Part shown: one piece after another, positions 8,333 through 17,312 of the stretch
Layout of the letters: every line of letters starts with the position of its first letter
Numbering within the stretch: the first letter of the stretch is position 1
Assembly: GCA_018664825.1 (NCBI GenBank)
Contig: JABJNO010000017.1
Span: forward strand, 50,743-114,742
Source of the DNA: Candidatus Parcubacteria bacterium
GTDB lineage: Bacteria > Patescibacteriota > Patescibacteriia > UBA1558 > GWA2-36-10
DNA length: 64,000 bases
Direction of reading: 5' to 3'
Notes under the pieces: model-generated
The model's database searches: none
Seen by the model: only the letters and a program-made list of their open reading frames with translations
Told to the model about the DNA's origin: nothing
Made by a program: the position numbers and the translations under genes

Positions 8333-9829
8333 TTATTTACCTATCTTAAACAATGATATTTTTTCTAGAGCCTTATCAGCTAGACGTAGTCTATCTTTGG
8401 TACGGCCATAAAGGGTAAATAGTCTCTCCCCTTTTTTGACATGATCATCAAACTCTTTGTTGAGATAGATACCTGCTAGTTTGTCGGCTGGCGCACCAAG
8501 GATACGAGCTACTACATTGATAGCTTTATTGTCAGTAAAATTGATACGACCAGATTTTGGTGCGTTATAATATTTTTTTTGAGCACCAAGGACAATATCA
8601 TTTGGATCTATATCTGGATTACCACCTTGGAGTTTGATAATTTGTTGCATTTTTTTCCAAGCCTTGCCAGATTCTAGAACTTCCCAAGCCATGGCTGCGC
8701 CTTTACCTTTTTTGGCTTTGCCAGCTAGCTCGAGTAGCTCACCCGCTAGGTGGATAGATTTGTTTGCTAGATCTGCAGGGTAGTTGTCTTTTTGTTGTAA
8801 AACACGTAAAACATCACGAGCCTCAAGAGCAGGGCCTACACCCATACCTACAGGATCTTCGGTTTGGATAATAATTACTTTTATTTTGATGCCAAATTTG
8901 CTAGCTATATATTTGAATTTTGTTTCTAGCTCTTTGGCTATTTTCATGTTTGGAATCTTGGTAGTAGGTCCAACGGGCATATCAATCACTAGATGAGATA
9001 CTCCAGTAGCCACTTTTTTGGCCATAATACTGACCAACATTTTGTCATATGGTTCTAGAGAAAGCGGATAAGAAACTTTGAGTATTTTGTCATCAGCTGG
9101 AGCAAGATTGAGTCCTCCGCCCCAGACCAGGCAACCACCGGCTTTTTTGACTATTTTTTTTATTTCTTCAGCAGAAAAAGATACGCCAGCTAATACTTCC
9201 ATGGTATCTGATGTGCCAGCTGGAGAGGTGATAGCTCGAGATGAAGTCTTTGGGATAGTCAGACCAAGCGCAGCGATAATAGGTATGGCGACCATAGTAG
9301 TCCTGTTGCCAGCTAAGCCACCAACAGAATGTTTATCGACGGTCATCCCTGGGAATTTGAGCATTTCACCAGTTTCGGCCATAGCCTTGGTCATAAAGTA
9401 AAGTTCTTGATTGTCATAATCACGGATAAAACTAGAAGCTACAAAATATGTAGTTTCTGTTCGGGTCAAAATACCCTTTGAAATATCAGAAAATATTTGG
9501 TAAAAATCATCATAGCTTAGTTTTTTACCCAAGAGCCTTTTTTTGATAGCTTGGACAGACTTGGCACGTTCCAAAAAACTAATTTCCGCAATAGTATTTG
9601 GGGCAATCTTTATATTTTCCCAAATATCTCTATAAAGTCCGATATAGCCAGGCTTTACTGTTTTGCGACTAGTGTTGGCTTCGGCAATTATTGATTTGTC
9701 TTGCCATGTTATTTTTATTTTGTCACCAGCCTTGATGCCAAAACGCATAGCCTCGTCTACATTCAAAAGGGCAATATTTGATTGCCCGGTTTTTATGTCT
9801 AGTTTTTTTAGCTTGAGATAATAAGCCAT
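8333..9829 (-). CDS. Thymidine-phosphorylase-family enzyme, archaeal-type AMP phosphorylase-like
   Basis: 498 aa with an N-terminal extension of about 80 aa. The core motifs DKHSVGGLAGNRTT and KTSSRAITSPAGTSDTMEVL match AMP phosphorylase rather than the SGRGLGHTGGTLDKLE of thymidine phosphorylase. Confidence 0.7.
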   Translation of the reverse strand: MAYYLKLKKLDIKTGQSNIALLNVDEAMRFGIKAGDKIKITWQDKSIIAEANTSRKTVKPGYIGLYRDIWENIKIAPNTIAEISFLERAKSVQAIKKRLLGKKLSYDDFYQIFSDISKGILTRTETTYFVASSFIRDYDNQELYFMTKAMAETGEMLKFPGMTVDKHSVGGLAGNRTTMVAIPIIAALGLTIPKTSSRAITSPAGTSDTMEVLAGVSFSAEEIKKIVKKAGGCLVWGGGLNLAPADDKILKVSYPLSLEPYDKMLVSIMAKKVATGVSHLVIDMPVGPTTKIPNMKIAKELETKFKYIASKFGIKIKVIIIQTEDPVGMGVGPALEARDVLRVLQQKDNYPADLANKSIHLAGELLELAGKAKKGKGAAMAWEVLESGKAWKKMQQIIKLQGGNPDIDPNDIVLGAQKKYYNAPKSGRINFTDNKAINVVARILGAPADKLAGIYLNKEFDDHVKKGERLFTLYGRTKDRLRLADKALEKISLFKIGK

Positions 9830-9841
9830 ATTTTGTTTATT

Positions 9842-11848
9842 TTAAAATTTTATTACTTGTCCAGGATTTAGGACATTGTCATTGTTTGTGGGACCTGAGT
9901 TGTTCCCAGAAACAATCTTTGGTTTTCTAGCTTTCTTTTTCTCCTCTTTTTTCTTGGGTTGAGGTTTTGGAGTTTCTTTCTTTTTCTCCTCCTGGCCCAG
10001 GCCACCCTCTCCTCCAGAGGACCCTTTCTCGCTTCGCGATTCACCTTGTCTCGCTTCGCGATTCACCTTGTCTTTTTTAACTGGTTTTATTTCTGGTTCT
10101 TTTATTACTTCTTCTTTTTTTGTTTCGTCTTTTATTACCCTTGGCTTAGAAGAAGCTGATTTTCCAGCTGGTCCCATATTGAGAGCTTCAGATAAAGATA
10201 AAAATTCTTCTTTTGGCTGATTGGGTTTATCTTTGGAGGCAATCTTGATGCTAGATGGAGGTGGAATTTTGCCAGTTTTGGATAATGCCAAACACTCAGG
10301 ACAATAAATTGGTCGAGTAGGATCAGGTTCAAAGTTTATGATAGTGTCTTTACCACAAAAAGAACAATTTACTTCTTTGGCAGGAGTTGCACTTGGTCTT
10401 TTTGGCTTAGCATTATTAGCTGGCCTTGTATTGTTGGTAGGTCTAGTATTATTAGCTGGACGACTTGCTGCGGGGCGTGCATTGTTAAATGGTTTTGGAG
10501 CCGCACCTTTGTAGTTGTGGATAGTAGTTGGGATTGGTTTACCAACTTCTTCTTCTGGGCCTTTATTTTCGCTCCAACGGATAATTTTGTCTTCAATCAC
10601 AGCCCTTGGCTTGGCATATCGTTCACGAGTGACTTGGATAACTTTTTCTCTGATTAGAAAAGAATTTTCAGGTTCAGGTACCGGGGGAAGTGTACCGGCA
10701 GAAAAGCCATTTGAAGTGACTCCATCAATCATCAATTTTAGATAAACATCATACTTGGAGAGGTTTACCAAGTCTTCTTGGGTAAATGTTGGGAAGAATT
10801 CTTTTTCCAAAAACTCTGCATCGGCTGCTCCAATTCGAAAGGCTACAATAGTACCAACATTACCAAAAACAGCTGCTCGGACACCTTCTTCTACTTGTTC
10901 GATGTATTGATGAGCAATTACTAGGTTTAGTCGATATTTTCTGGCCTCAGATAAAATATTTGAAAATGATTCGGTGGCAAAGTTTTGGAACTCATCAACA
11001 TATAGATAAAAATCTTTACGTTCACTTTCGGGAGTATCTACTCTACTCATAGCTGCTAGTTGAATTTTGGTAATCATCATCGCACCAAGTAGAGCTGAGT
11101 TGTCCTCACCCACCCTACCTTTTGATAGGTTTAGGAGTAAGATTTTTTCTTCATCCATGATGTCACGCATAGCAAAAGATGATCTAACTTGACCCAAGAT
11201 GTTTCTAATCAAAGCAGAAGACAAGAAACGACCTACCTTATTTTGGATAGGAGCTATAGCTTCGGCTTGGAATCTATCTGGGTATTTACTATATTCTTCT
11301 ACCCAAAAGGCTTTGACTACGGGATCAGATATTTTTTCTACAACTCTTTTGCGAAAAGCCTTGTCAGTCAACATCCGCATGATGCCGAGCAAGGTAGAAC
11401 CTGGATATTCCAAAAGTGCAGAGATAGCATGATGCAATACATATTCCAAACGAGGTCCCCAAGAGTCAGCCCAGATTTTTTTGAATACACCAATCAGGCC
11501 AGAAACAACGAGATGTCTTTCTGCGGCAGATACTTTTTCCAAAACATTAAAACCAACCGGATTGTCTAGATCAGCTGGATTAAAATATATTGTGTCATTT
11601 ATCCTATGAGGTGGAATAAAGCCAAGTATTTTTTCGACCAAGTCACCATGAGGATCAACAACGCAGACACCTTTGCCCTCGTGGATGTCTTGGATAATCA
11701 TGTTTTCCAAAACAGTGGATTTTCCCATACCGGTTTTTCCAATAAAATACATATGACGGCGACGGTCGTCTTTTTTGATGCCAAATTTTACTTCAGAGTT
11801 TCGGTAGTTTGTTTTGGCAAACATTGTAACTGATGAGTTGTTATCCAT
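9842..11848 (-). CDS. FtsK/HerA-superfamily P-loop ATPase (VirB4/TraC- or TraD/VirD4-like), C-terminal half of a split module, with a zinc-ribbon and low-complexity tail
   Basis: RRRHMYFIGKTGMGKST...GKGVCVVDPHGDL, Walker B DFYLYVDEFQNF, and ARKYRLNLVIAHQYIEQ. The tail carries CSFCGKDTIINFEPDPTRPIYCPEC plus Asn/Pro/Lys-rich repeats. Confidence 0.7.
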   Translation of the reverse strand: MDNNSSVTMFAKTNYRNSEVKFGIKKDDRRRHMYFIGKTGMGKSTVLENMIIQDIHEGKGVCVVDPHGDLVEKILGFIPPHRINDTIYFNPADLDNPVGFNVLEKVSAAERHLVVSGLIGVFKKIWADSWGPRLEYVLHHAISALLEYPGSTLLGIMRMLTDKAFRKRVVEKISDPVVKAFWVEEYSKYPDRFQAEAIAPIQNKVGRFLSSALIRNILGQVRSSFAMRDIMDEEKILLLNLSKGRVGEDNSALLGAMMITKIQLAAMSRVDTPESERKDFYLYVDEFQNFATESFSNILSEARKYRLNLVIAHQYIEQVEEGVRAAVFGNVGTIVAFRIGAADAEFLEKEFFPTFTQEDLVNLSKYDVYLKLMIDGVTSNGFSAGTLPPVPEPENSFLIREKVIQVTRERYAKPRAVIEDKIIRWSENKGPEEEVGKPIPTTIHNYKGAAPKPFNNARPAASRPANNTRPTNNTRPANNAKPKRPSATPAKEVNCSFCGKDTIINFEPDPTRPIYCPECLALSKTGKIPPPSSIKIASKDKPNQPKEEFLSLSEALNMGPAGKSASSKPRVIKDETKKEEVIKEPEIKPVKKDKVNREARQGESRSEKGSSGGEGGLGQEEKKKETPKPQPKKKEEKKKARKPKIVSGNNSGPTNNDNVLNPGQVIKF
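10028..10071. repeat. Perfect 22-bp tandem duplication inside the ATPase tail CDS
   Basis: ctcgcttcgcgattcaccttgt occurs twice in tandem; 22 is not a multiple of 3. Confidence 0.85.
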
Positions 11849-11854
11849 TTTGTT

Positions 11855-13357
11855 TTAGGTAGGCAAATTAGGTGGTGGTGAACTCTTTGGTACATTAGTC
11901 GAAACAGTTTCGGGATCTTTTTTGACATGAGTTTCTTCGTATACTTTATTGTCAGTATTGATTTGTATTTTTTCAGTTGCAGCATTGAGCTGACCACGGA
12001 GAGCGTCAGAGATATCTCTTTGTTCATCCATAGGTCCAGTAGCAAATGGCAGAGATGAAGGTGGTTCGGCTTTTTTGGACTCTGTTCTTTGGAGTAAAGG
12101 CGCTCTGATAAATTTACTTGGGAAGTGCCAAAGAGTAGCTAGCTCTTCGATGCCCAAAATAAAAAAGTTATGTCCACGAGCACCACTACGATCTCGGTAA
12201 CCCTTCATTAGGTTTTCTCGACGGATTTTTTCACGTTGTTTTATAAAAAAATAGTTTATTTTTGTCTTGGTACGAGGATCTGGTTTGAAAGAGTTGAGAT
12301 CTAGAGCTGCAAATTGTTTGATACTACCAAAGACAGAAGATATTACCCTAGCTGGAGAATATACTTCTATTGGTGCGATATAAATAAGACGTATTTTACA
12401 TTCAAAGGCTAGCTTGGAAGCTTTTAGCTCTATAGCTTCGATCAGGCCTTTTTCTCCAGGAGTAAGATGAAGCATCATACTAGGCATGTCGTCTTTTTTG
12501 TTGGCACTAGCAGCTCCACCGGTTCCATCGCCTGGTAGTATAAAAGGCTCACCGGTAGAAAGAAAAAATAGTCCAAATATTGAGCCAAAAGTACTGGTTA
12601 TAAAATTTCCTTTTTTAGGAGGTGTTTTTTTACTAGCTATTTTATAAGCGAGTTCCATACTTTTTTTGACCCAATCAAAACCTGTGGGTTTGACCAATAT
12701 CTGGAACCAGACTTGTTCACCTGGTTGGATTTTACTCATAGTTTCCAGCATAGAAGCCAAAGGGTCTTTGAATCTTTCTTCGGCGGAAGGGTCTTCAAAA
12801 TGAGTATAAGTTTTGATAGGTATTGCTTGGTTTGTGACAGGAATTACTTCGGTACCCCAGATTTTGTGAGTTTCATTTGGGAAAGTGTATGGAGCATTTT
12901 GGACGTAATCCTCTACTTCAGTAATCTCAGCATCTGGATATTGTGAGTATATAGAGCTTTCTATCAAATCACGATAATGAGTCGGAGTCCAAATCAAAAA
13001 TTGGACATAACCATCTATACTTACTATTTCAAAAGAAAAGTGAAGCTGAAATTGACCCCACATGTACATCTCTTTGGCGTTGAGCATAGCATGAGCACCA
13101 GAGACAGTGGCAAACAATTGTTCGACAGCCTTTGGGGTTTGTTCGGTATCTTTTGGGACATCTACAGCTAGTAATACAAACTTGTTGGTACCGTACCATT
13201 TTATTTGTTGACCCATTAGCCAAATATCATAAGCACCCCAGCCAATGATATAAAGTATTATTACCCAACCTCCATGGGAAAAGAGATACCAAAAAGCAGG
13301 CCATGTTCCTTCATTGCCGAGATTGAGTAGTGGTGTAAAATCTATTACTATATCCAT
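11855..13357 (-). CDS. Membrane-anchored N-terminal partner domain of the split ATPase module (hypothetical)
   Basis: An N-terminal transmembrane helix is followed by a roughly 450-aa domain. HFSFEIVSIDGYVQFLIWTP is homologous to VFSLEIVSVNGLINFYAAIP at the N-terminus of the fused paralog at 31412-33859. The stop lies 7 nt before the ATPase start. Confidence 0.55.
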   Translation of the reverse strand: MDIVIDFTPLLNLGNEGTWPAFWYLFSHGGWVIILYIIGWGAYDIWLMGQQIKWYGTNKFVLLAVDVPKDTEQTPKAVEQLFATVSGAHAMLNAKEMYMWGQFQLHFSFEIVSIDGYVQFLIWTPTHYRDLIESSIYSQYPDAEITEVEDYVQNAPYTFPNETHKIWGTEVIPVTNQAIPIKTYTHFEDPSAEERFKDPLASMLETMSKIQPGEQVWFQILVKPTGFDWVKKSMELAYKIASKKTPPKKGNFITSTFGSIFGLFFLSTGEPFILPGDGTGGAASANKKDDMPSMMLHLTPGEKGLIEAIELKASKLAFECKIRLIYIAPIEVYSPARVISSVFGSIKQFAALDLNSFKPDPRTKTKINYFFIKQREKIRRENLMKGYRDRSGARGHNFFILGIEELATLWHFPSKFIRAPLLQRTESKKAEPPSSLPFATGPMDEQRDISDALRGQLNAATEKIQINTDNKVYEETHVKKDPETVSTNVPKSSPPPNLPT

Positions 13358-13413
13358 ATTATAAATTCTTATATATTATACCTTTTTTTTGCATTTTTTT
13401 AAAGTAAAATTTA

Positions 13414-13452
13414 AAAAAACAACAACCCGCATATTTTGGGTTGTTGTTTTTA
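13414..13452. terminator. Bidirectional terminator hairpin
   Basis: aacaacccgcatattttgggttgtt with T-runs on both sides. Confidence 0.55.
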
Positions 13453-13468
13453 TATGTTTTTTGTAAAT

Positions 13469-14629
13469 TTATTCTTGTTTTAGGAAATACCTTCCTTTTT
13501 CATCTCGGGCAAATCGATCTTTATTCATCAAAGCAAGAGTGATAGTAGTTTCTTTGATCATGCGTCTTTCCATAACTTCTTTGACAATTTCCTTTTTACT
13601 CATAGGTCTGCCAGTGTCATTTAGGATGTCAGCAATTACGTCTGATGCTACACCTGGTTTGTAGCCCCATTCTTTTAGGGCATAGATACCACGACCTACT
13701 AGGACATACTTTTTATCCAAGATAAGTTCATTGTGGATAGTCGCAGGATAAGCTTTGCGATGATCAAAACCTTTTTTATTGATAGTATTTGCAATTTCAG
13801 TAAAGTGAAGTGGCTTGGCTTCTTTCATCAAAACCAAATAGATTTTATCGTTCATTCTTTTTGGAGTGATACTAGGCCATTCTACCAATCCGTATTCTTC
13901 ATAAGGATTAGTTTCTAGCTTTTTGGTAATATCAATAAAGTTTACGATTACTTTATCAGTTAGATTATCATTTGATGTATAGAATTCAGCAGATTCAACT
14001 TTAGGAATCAATTCATCCAAGAGTAATGGATCACCGTGTTCTTTGATAAGACCACGAACACTATCTACAGAATCATGAAACAGGTCAACAGAGGCTTCTG
14101 GAGTTTTCCAAAAATCATTGTACTGCTTGTTACCTTTTATATATTGGAACCTATGTTTTAAAAGTTGATTTAAAACAAATTTGATAGCAGAACGATTTTC
14201 GTCGTTTTGGCCAGGTATCACAAGTAGTTCTCTGACTAAATTGTCTTCTGACATCATACCACCATGTTCAGCGAGAATTGCATTGGCTATTTGCTCTACT
14301 TCTTTTAGATAAGATTGATCAAAGTTCTTTATAATTTTCTTTAGTGAACTATTCTCAATTTGTCTTACCCTTTCACGAGTAACAGTATATTTTTTGCCAA
14401 TATCTTCTAAAGTTTTTTTGTCATAACCAGAAAGGCCGTGTCTGAGACGGATGATTTCTTGTTCGCGCTCTGACAAAGCCTCGAGAATACTTTCAAGAAT
14501 CTGATGAGGGTTGAAAGTTTTGAGGTTTGACAGGTGCTTAGATGTCATAACTTGATCTAGAATTGAATCCATATGCTTGATTATTATTAAATACGCCATT
14601 AGAATAACATATTTTTTAAAATTAGTCAA
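13469..14629 (-). CDS. Sigma-70 region-4 (HTH) domain protein with a long C-terminal domain
   Basis: LSEREQEIIRLRHGL...TLEDIGKKYTVTRERVRQIENSSLKKI matches sigma-70 region 4.2; about 380 aa; start ambiguous. Confidence 0.6.
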   Translation of the reverse strand: MTNFKKYVILMAYLIIIKHMDSILDQVMTSKHLSNLKTFNPHQILESILEALSEREQEIIRLRHGLSGYDKKTLEDIGKKYTVTRERVRQIENSSLKKIIKNFDQSYLKEVEQIANAILAEHGGMMSEDNLVRELLVIPGQNDENRSAIKFVLNQLLKHRFQYIKGNKQYNDFWKTPEASVDLFHDSVDSVRGLIKEHGDPLLLDELIPKVESAEFYTSNDNLTDKVIVNFIDITKKLETNPYEEYGLVEWPSITPKRMNDKIYLVLMKEAKPLHFTEIANTINKKGFDHRKAYPATIHNELILDKKYVLVGRGIYALKEWGYKPGVASDVIADILNDTGRPMSKKEIVKEVMERRMIKETTITLALMNKDRFARDEKGRYFLKQE

Positions 14630-14693
14630 CCCCCCAAGAGGTATTTCTTGGAGGGCTGTATATTTTTGCTAATTTTAGCTAAAATCTAGGATT

Positions 14694-15596
14694 TTAGGAT
14701 TTTTTGTGATTCCAGATAGAAAGTAGTGGTGAGGCAATAAATATAGAGGAGTACGTACCAATGATTACACCCAAAACAAGGGCTAAAACAAAGTTTTTGA
14801 TAGTTTCTCCTCCGAAAATATAGATAGCCAGCAACACAAATAAGGTGGTAATAGAAGTATTGAGTGACCTGACAATTGTTTGATTAACACTTAAGTTGAC
14901 AATTTCGTCAAATTTCATGTCTTGCTTTTTAAACAAGTTCTCTCGAGTTCTGTCAAAGGTAACAATAGTATCATGGATAGAAAACCCTAAAATTGTGAGT
15001 AAAGCAGTCACAAATAAACTATCTACTTCCATGCCAAAAAAATATCCAAAAGCAGAAAATATACCCGTGATAATCAAGATGTCATGTATTAGGGCAATAA
15101 TTGCAGAAATACCAAATTTCCATGAAGCGACTGGCTTGGATACTTTGCGGAAGGCATAGGCAATATAGATAACAATAAATATCAAGACAATAGCGATTGC
15201 TTGTAAGGCTTTGCTCTTGAGCTCATTTCCAATAATAGGCCCAATAAATTCATAACGTTTTTCTACAAATTCATTATCCTCCACTCCTTCAACTTGTATG
15301 TTTTGTAGATTTTCCAAAACTTGTTGGTGGGTTGGTTCATCGATATCTCCAAGTCTCAAAATAAAGTCGTTTTCTCCAGCTGGTTGTATTTTTAGACTAG
15401 CTAGACCTGAATCTTGCAGAGAGACTTCTACTTGGTTGATAGTTGGTCTAGTATCGTAGGATACTTCCATCAAACTACCGCCTGTAAAATCAATACCTAG
15501 TCGTAATCCCCAAACAAGAAGTGCCAATACTGATAAAGCCATGGCAATGCCAGAAAAAGTAAACCAAATGTTTTTCTTTTTTATAATTTCATACAT
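14694..15596 (-). CDS. secF: Protein-export membrane protein SecF
   Basis: 300 aa, six transmembrane helices, SecD/SecF family C-terminal motifs, immediately downstream of secD. Confidence 0.85.
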   Translation of the reverse strand: MYEIIKKKNIWFTFSGIAMALSVLALLVWGLRLGIDFTGGSLMEVSYDTRPTINQVEVSLQDSGLASLKIQPAGENDFILRLGDIDEPTHQQVLENLQNIQVEGVEDNEFVEKRYEFIGPIIGNELKSKALQAIAIVLIFIVIYIAYAFRKVSKPVASWKFGISAIIALIHDILIITGIFSAFGYFFGMEVDSLFVTALLTILGFSIHDTIVTFDRTRENLFKKQDMKFDEIVNLSVNQTIVRSLNTSITTLFVLLAIYIFGGETIKNFVLALVLGVIIGTYSSIFIASPLLSIWNHKKS

Positions 15597-15597
15597 A

Positions 15598-17256
15598 TTA
15601 TTTTCTTTTTATTCCGAACAAGGATAATTTATTTTCGATTTTTTTATTTACAATCATACGTAAAAAGGTACGGGTAACAGTAATAGCAGAAAACATTGAG
15701 ATCATAATACCGATCGCTAGGGTGATAGCAAATCCTTTGACAATAGAAGTACCAAACCAAGCCAAGATCAAACAAGTGATGATTGATGAGACATTTGAGT
15801 CTCTGATAGATGGCCAGGCTCTAGAAAATCCATTTTCAACAGCAGTATGTAGACTGCGACCTGTTTTTAGTTCTTCTTTGGTTCTTTCAAAAATCAATAT
15901 ATTGGCATCAACGGCCATACCAATAGACAAGATAAATCCAGCTACACCAGCCAGGGTAAGCACTACATTGAGGCTTTCAAAAATAGCTAGAGTCAAGATT
16001 GTATATATAGCCAAAGCAAGTACAGAGATAAGGCCAGGTAAACGATAAAATAAGAGCATAAATAAAGCTGCAGCCAAAAGTCCAATAATACCAGCCAGTA
16101 AACTTTTTTGTACAGAAATATGACCCAAGGTAGCCCCAACAGTCTGTTGGCTAATGATTTCTATAGGTACTGGTAAAGCACCTAGGTTGAGATCTTTGAT
16201 TAGGGTTTTTGCTTCTGGGATAGTAAAATTACCAGAAATCTGAGCTTGTCCGTCAGTGATTTTGTCTTGGACAACTGGACTAGACCTCAAGAAACCATCG
16301 AGGAAAATTGCCACAGGTTCACCGAGATGTTCTTCTGTTATTTTGGCAAATATATCTTTACCTTGATCATTGAAGTTTATTAGTACAAGTGGCTCTTGGG
16401 TGTTTTGTTGAAAAGCTAGTTGAGCTTTCTCGATATCTTTACCGGTTAGACCAGCGTCTACCCAATTTATATTATCAGTTAAAGCAGCTGCCTTCTGGAA
16501 TAAAACATGTGAAGACAATACTTCCATCTGACCTTGATCGTTTATTTTTTCGTCAATTTTGTTGATTATATGATAGCCAAGATCTGATTCTACAAGTTCT
16601 GGAGAGATATCTCCTACTTTCATGTCTTCAAAAACTGCTTTATCAAACTCTGGTACAAAGTAGCCAGCTAGTTGCCAACCGAGGTCTCCGCCATTTACAG
16701 CAGATCCTGGGTCTTCACTATATTCGGTGGCAAGATTTGCAAAATCTTCACCAGCCAAAGCACGGGCTAGTACATCTTCAGCATTTTGACGTACTTCGTC
16801 AATTTCTTGGATATCAGACTCCTCCTCTATTATAGGTTCACCTTGGACCTTAAATTCCAAAAGAGGTGTCTTGTCAATAATAGCTACTGCTTCATTGACA
16901 TCTTTGATACCAGCAAGCTCTACGATGATTCTATAGCTGTCACCACTGTAGTTTGTCTGGATAAGTGGTTCAGACACTCCATAGGCATTTACACGACGTT
17001 CTATGACGTCTCGAAGGGCTTCTACACCATCTTTTTTGACATCATCTTCCAATTGAGAGACATCAGCCTTGTAAACTAAATGGGTACCACCTTGTAAATC
17101 AAGTCCTAAACGGAGCTTGAAATTACCGAACCAGCCCGGGCTAGTAGGCCAAACCATCAGGGTTGTAAATATAGTAAGGAATACTATAAAAATAAAGCTA
17201 GCCCGTATTTGGTTGGTAGTCACTCTTTTTTGATTTGGTTTGTTGTAATTTGTCAT
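15598..17256 (-). CDS. secD: Protein-export membrane protein SecD (with a parvulin-like PPIase signature in the periplasmic domain)
   Basis: N-terminal transmembrane helix, P1 head, C-terminal 6-TM SecD core. Internally: FANLATEYSEDPGSAVNGGDLGWQLAGYFVPEFDKAVFEDMKVGDISPELVESDLGYHII. Confidence 0.85.
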   Translation of the reverse strand: MTNYNKPNQKRVTTNQIRASFIFIVFLTIFTTLMVWPTSPGWFGNFKLRLGLDLQGGTHLVYKADVSQLEDDVKKDGVEALRDVIERRVNAYGVSEPLIQTNYSGDSYRIIVELAGIKDVNEAVAIIDKTPLLEFKVQGEPIIEEESDIQEIDEVRQNAEDVLARALAGEDFANLATEYSEDPGSAVNGGDLGWQLAGYFVPEFDKAVFEDMKVGDISPELVESDLGYHIINKIDEKINDQGQMEVLSSHVLFQKAAALTDNINWVDAGLTGKDIEKAQLAFQQNTQEPLVLINFNDQGKDIFAKITEEHLGEPVAIFLDGFLRSSPVVQDKITDGQAQISGNFTIPEAKTLIKDLNLGALPVPIEIISQQTVGATLGHISVQKSLLAGIIGLLAAALFMLLFYRLPGLISVLALAIYTILTLAIFESLNVVLTLAGVAGFILSIGMAVDANILIFERTKEELKTGRSLHTAVENGFSRAWPSIRDSNVSSIITCLILAWFGTSIVKGFAITLAIGIMISMFSAITVTRTFLRMIVNKKIENKLSLFGIKRK

Positions 17257-17312
17257 AATTTATTTATACACAATGTCCACATTTTAGCACAATAATAAGT
17301 TTTGACAAGTCT

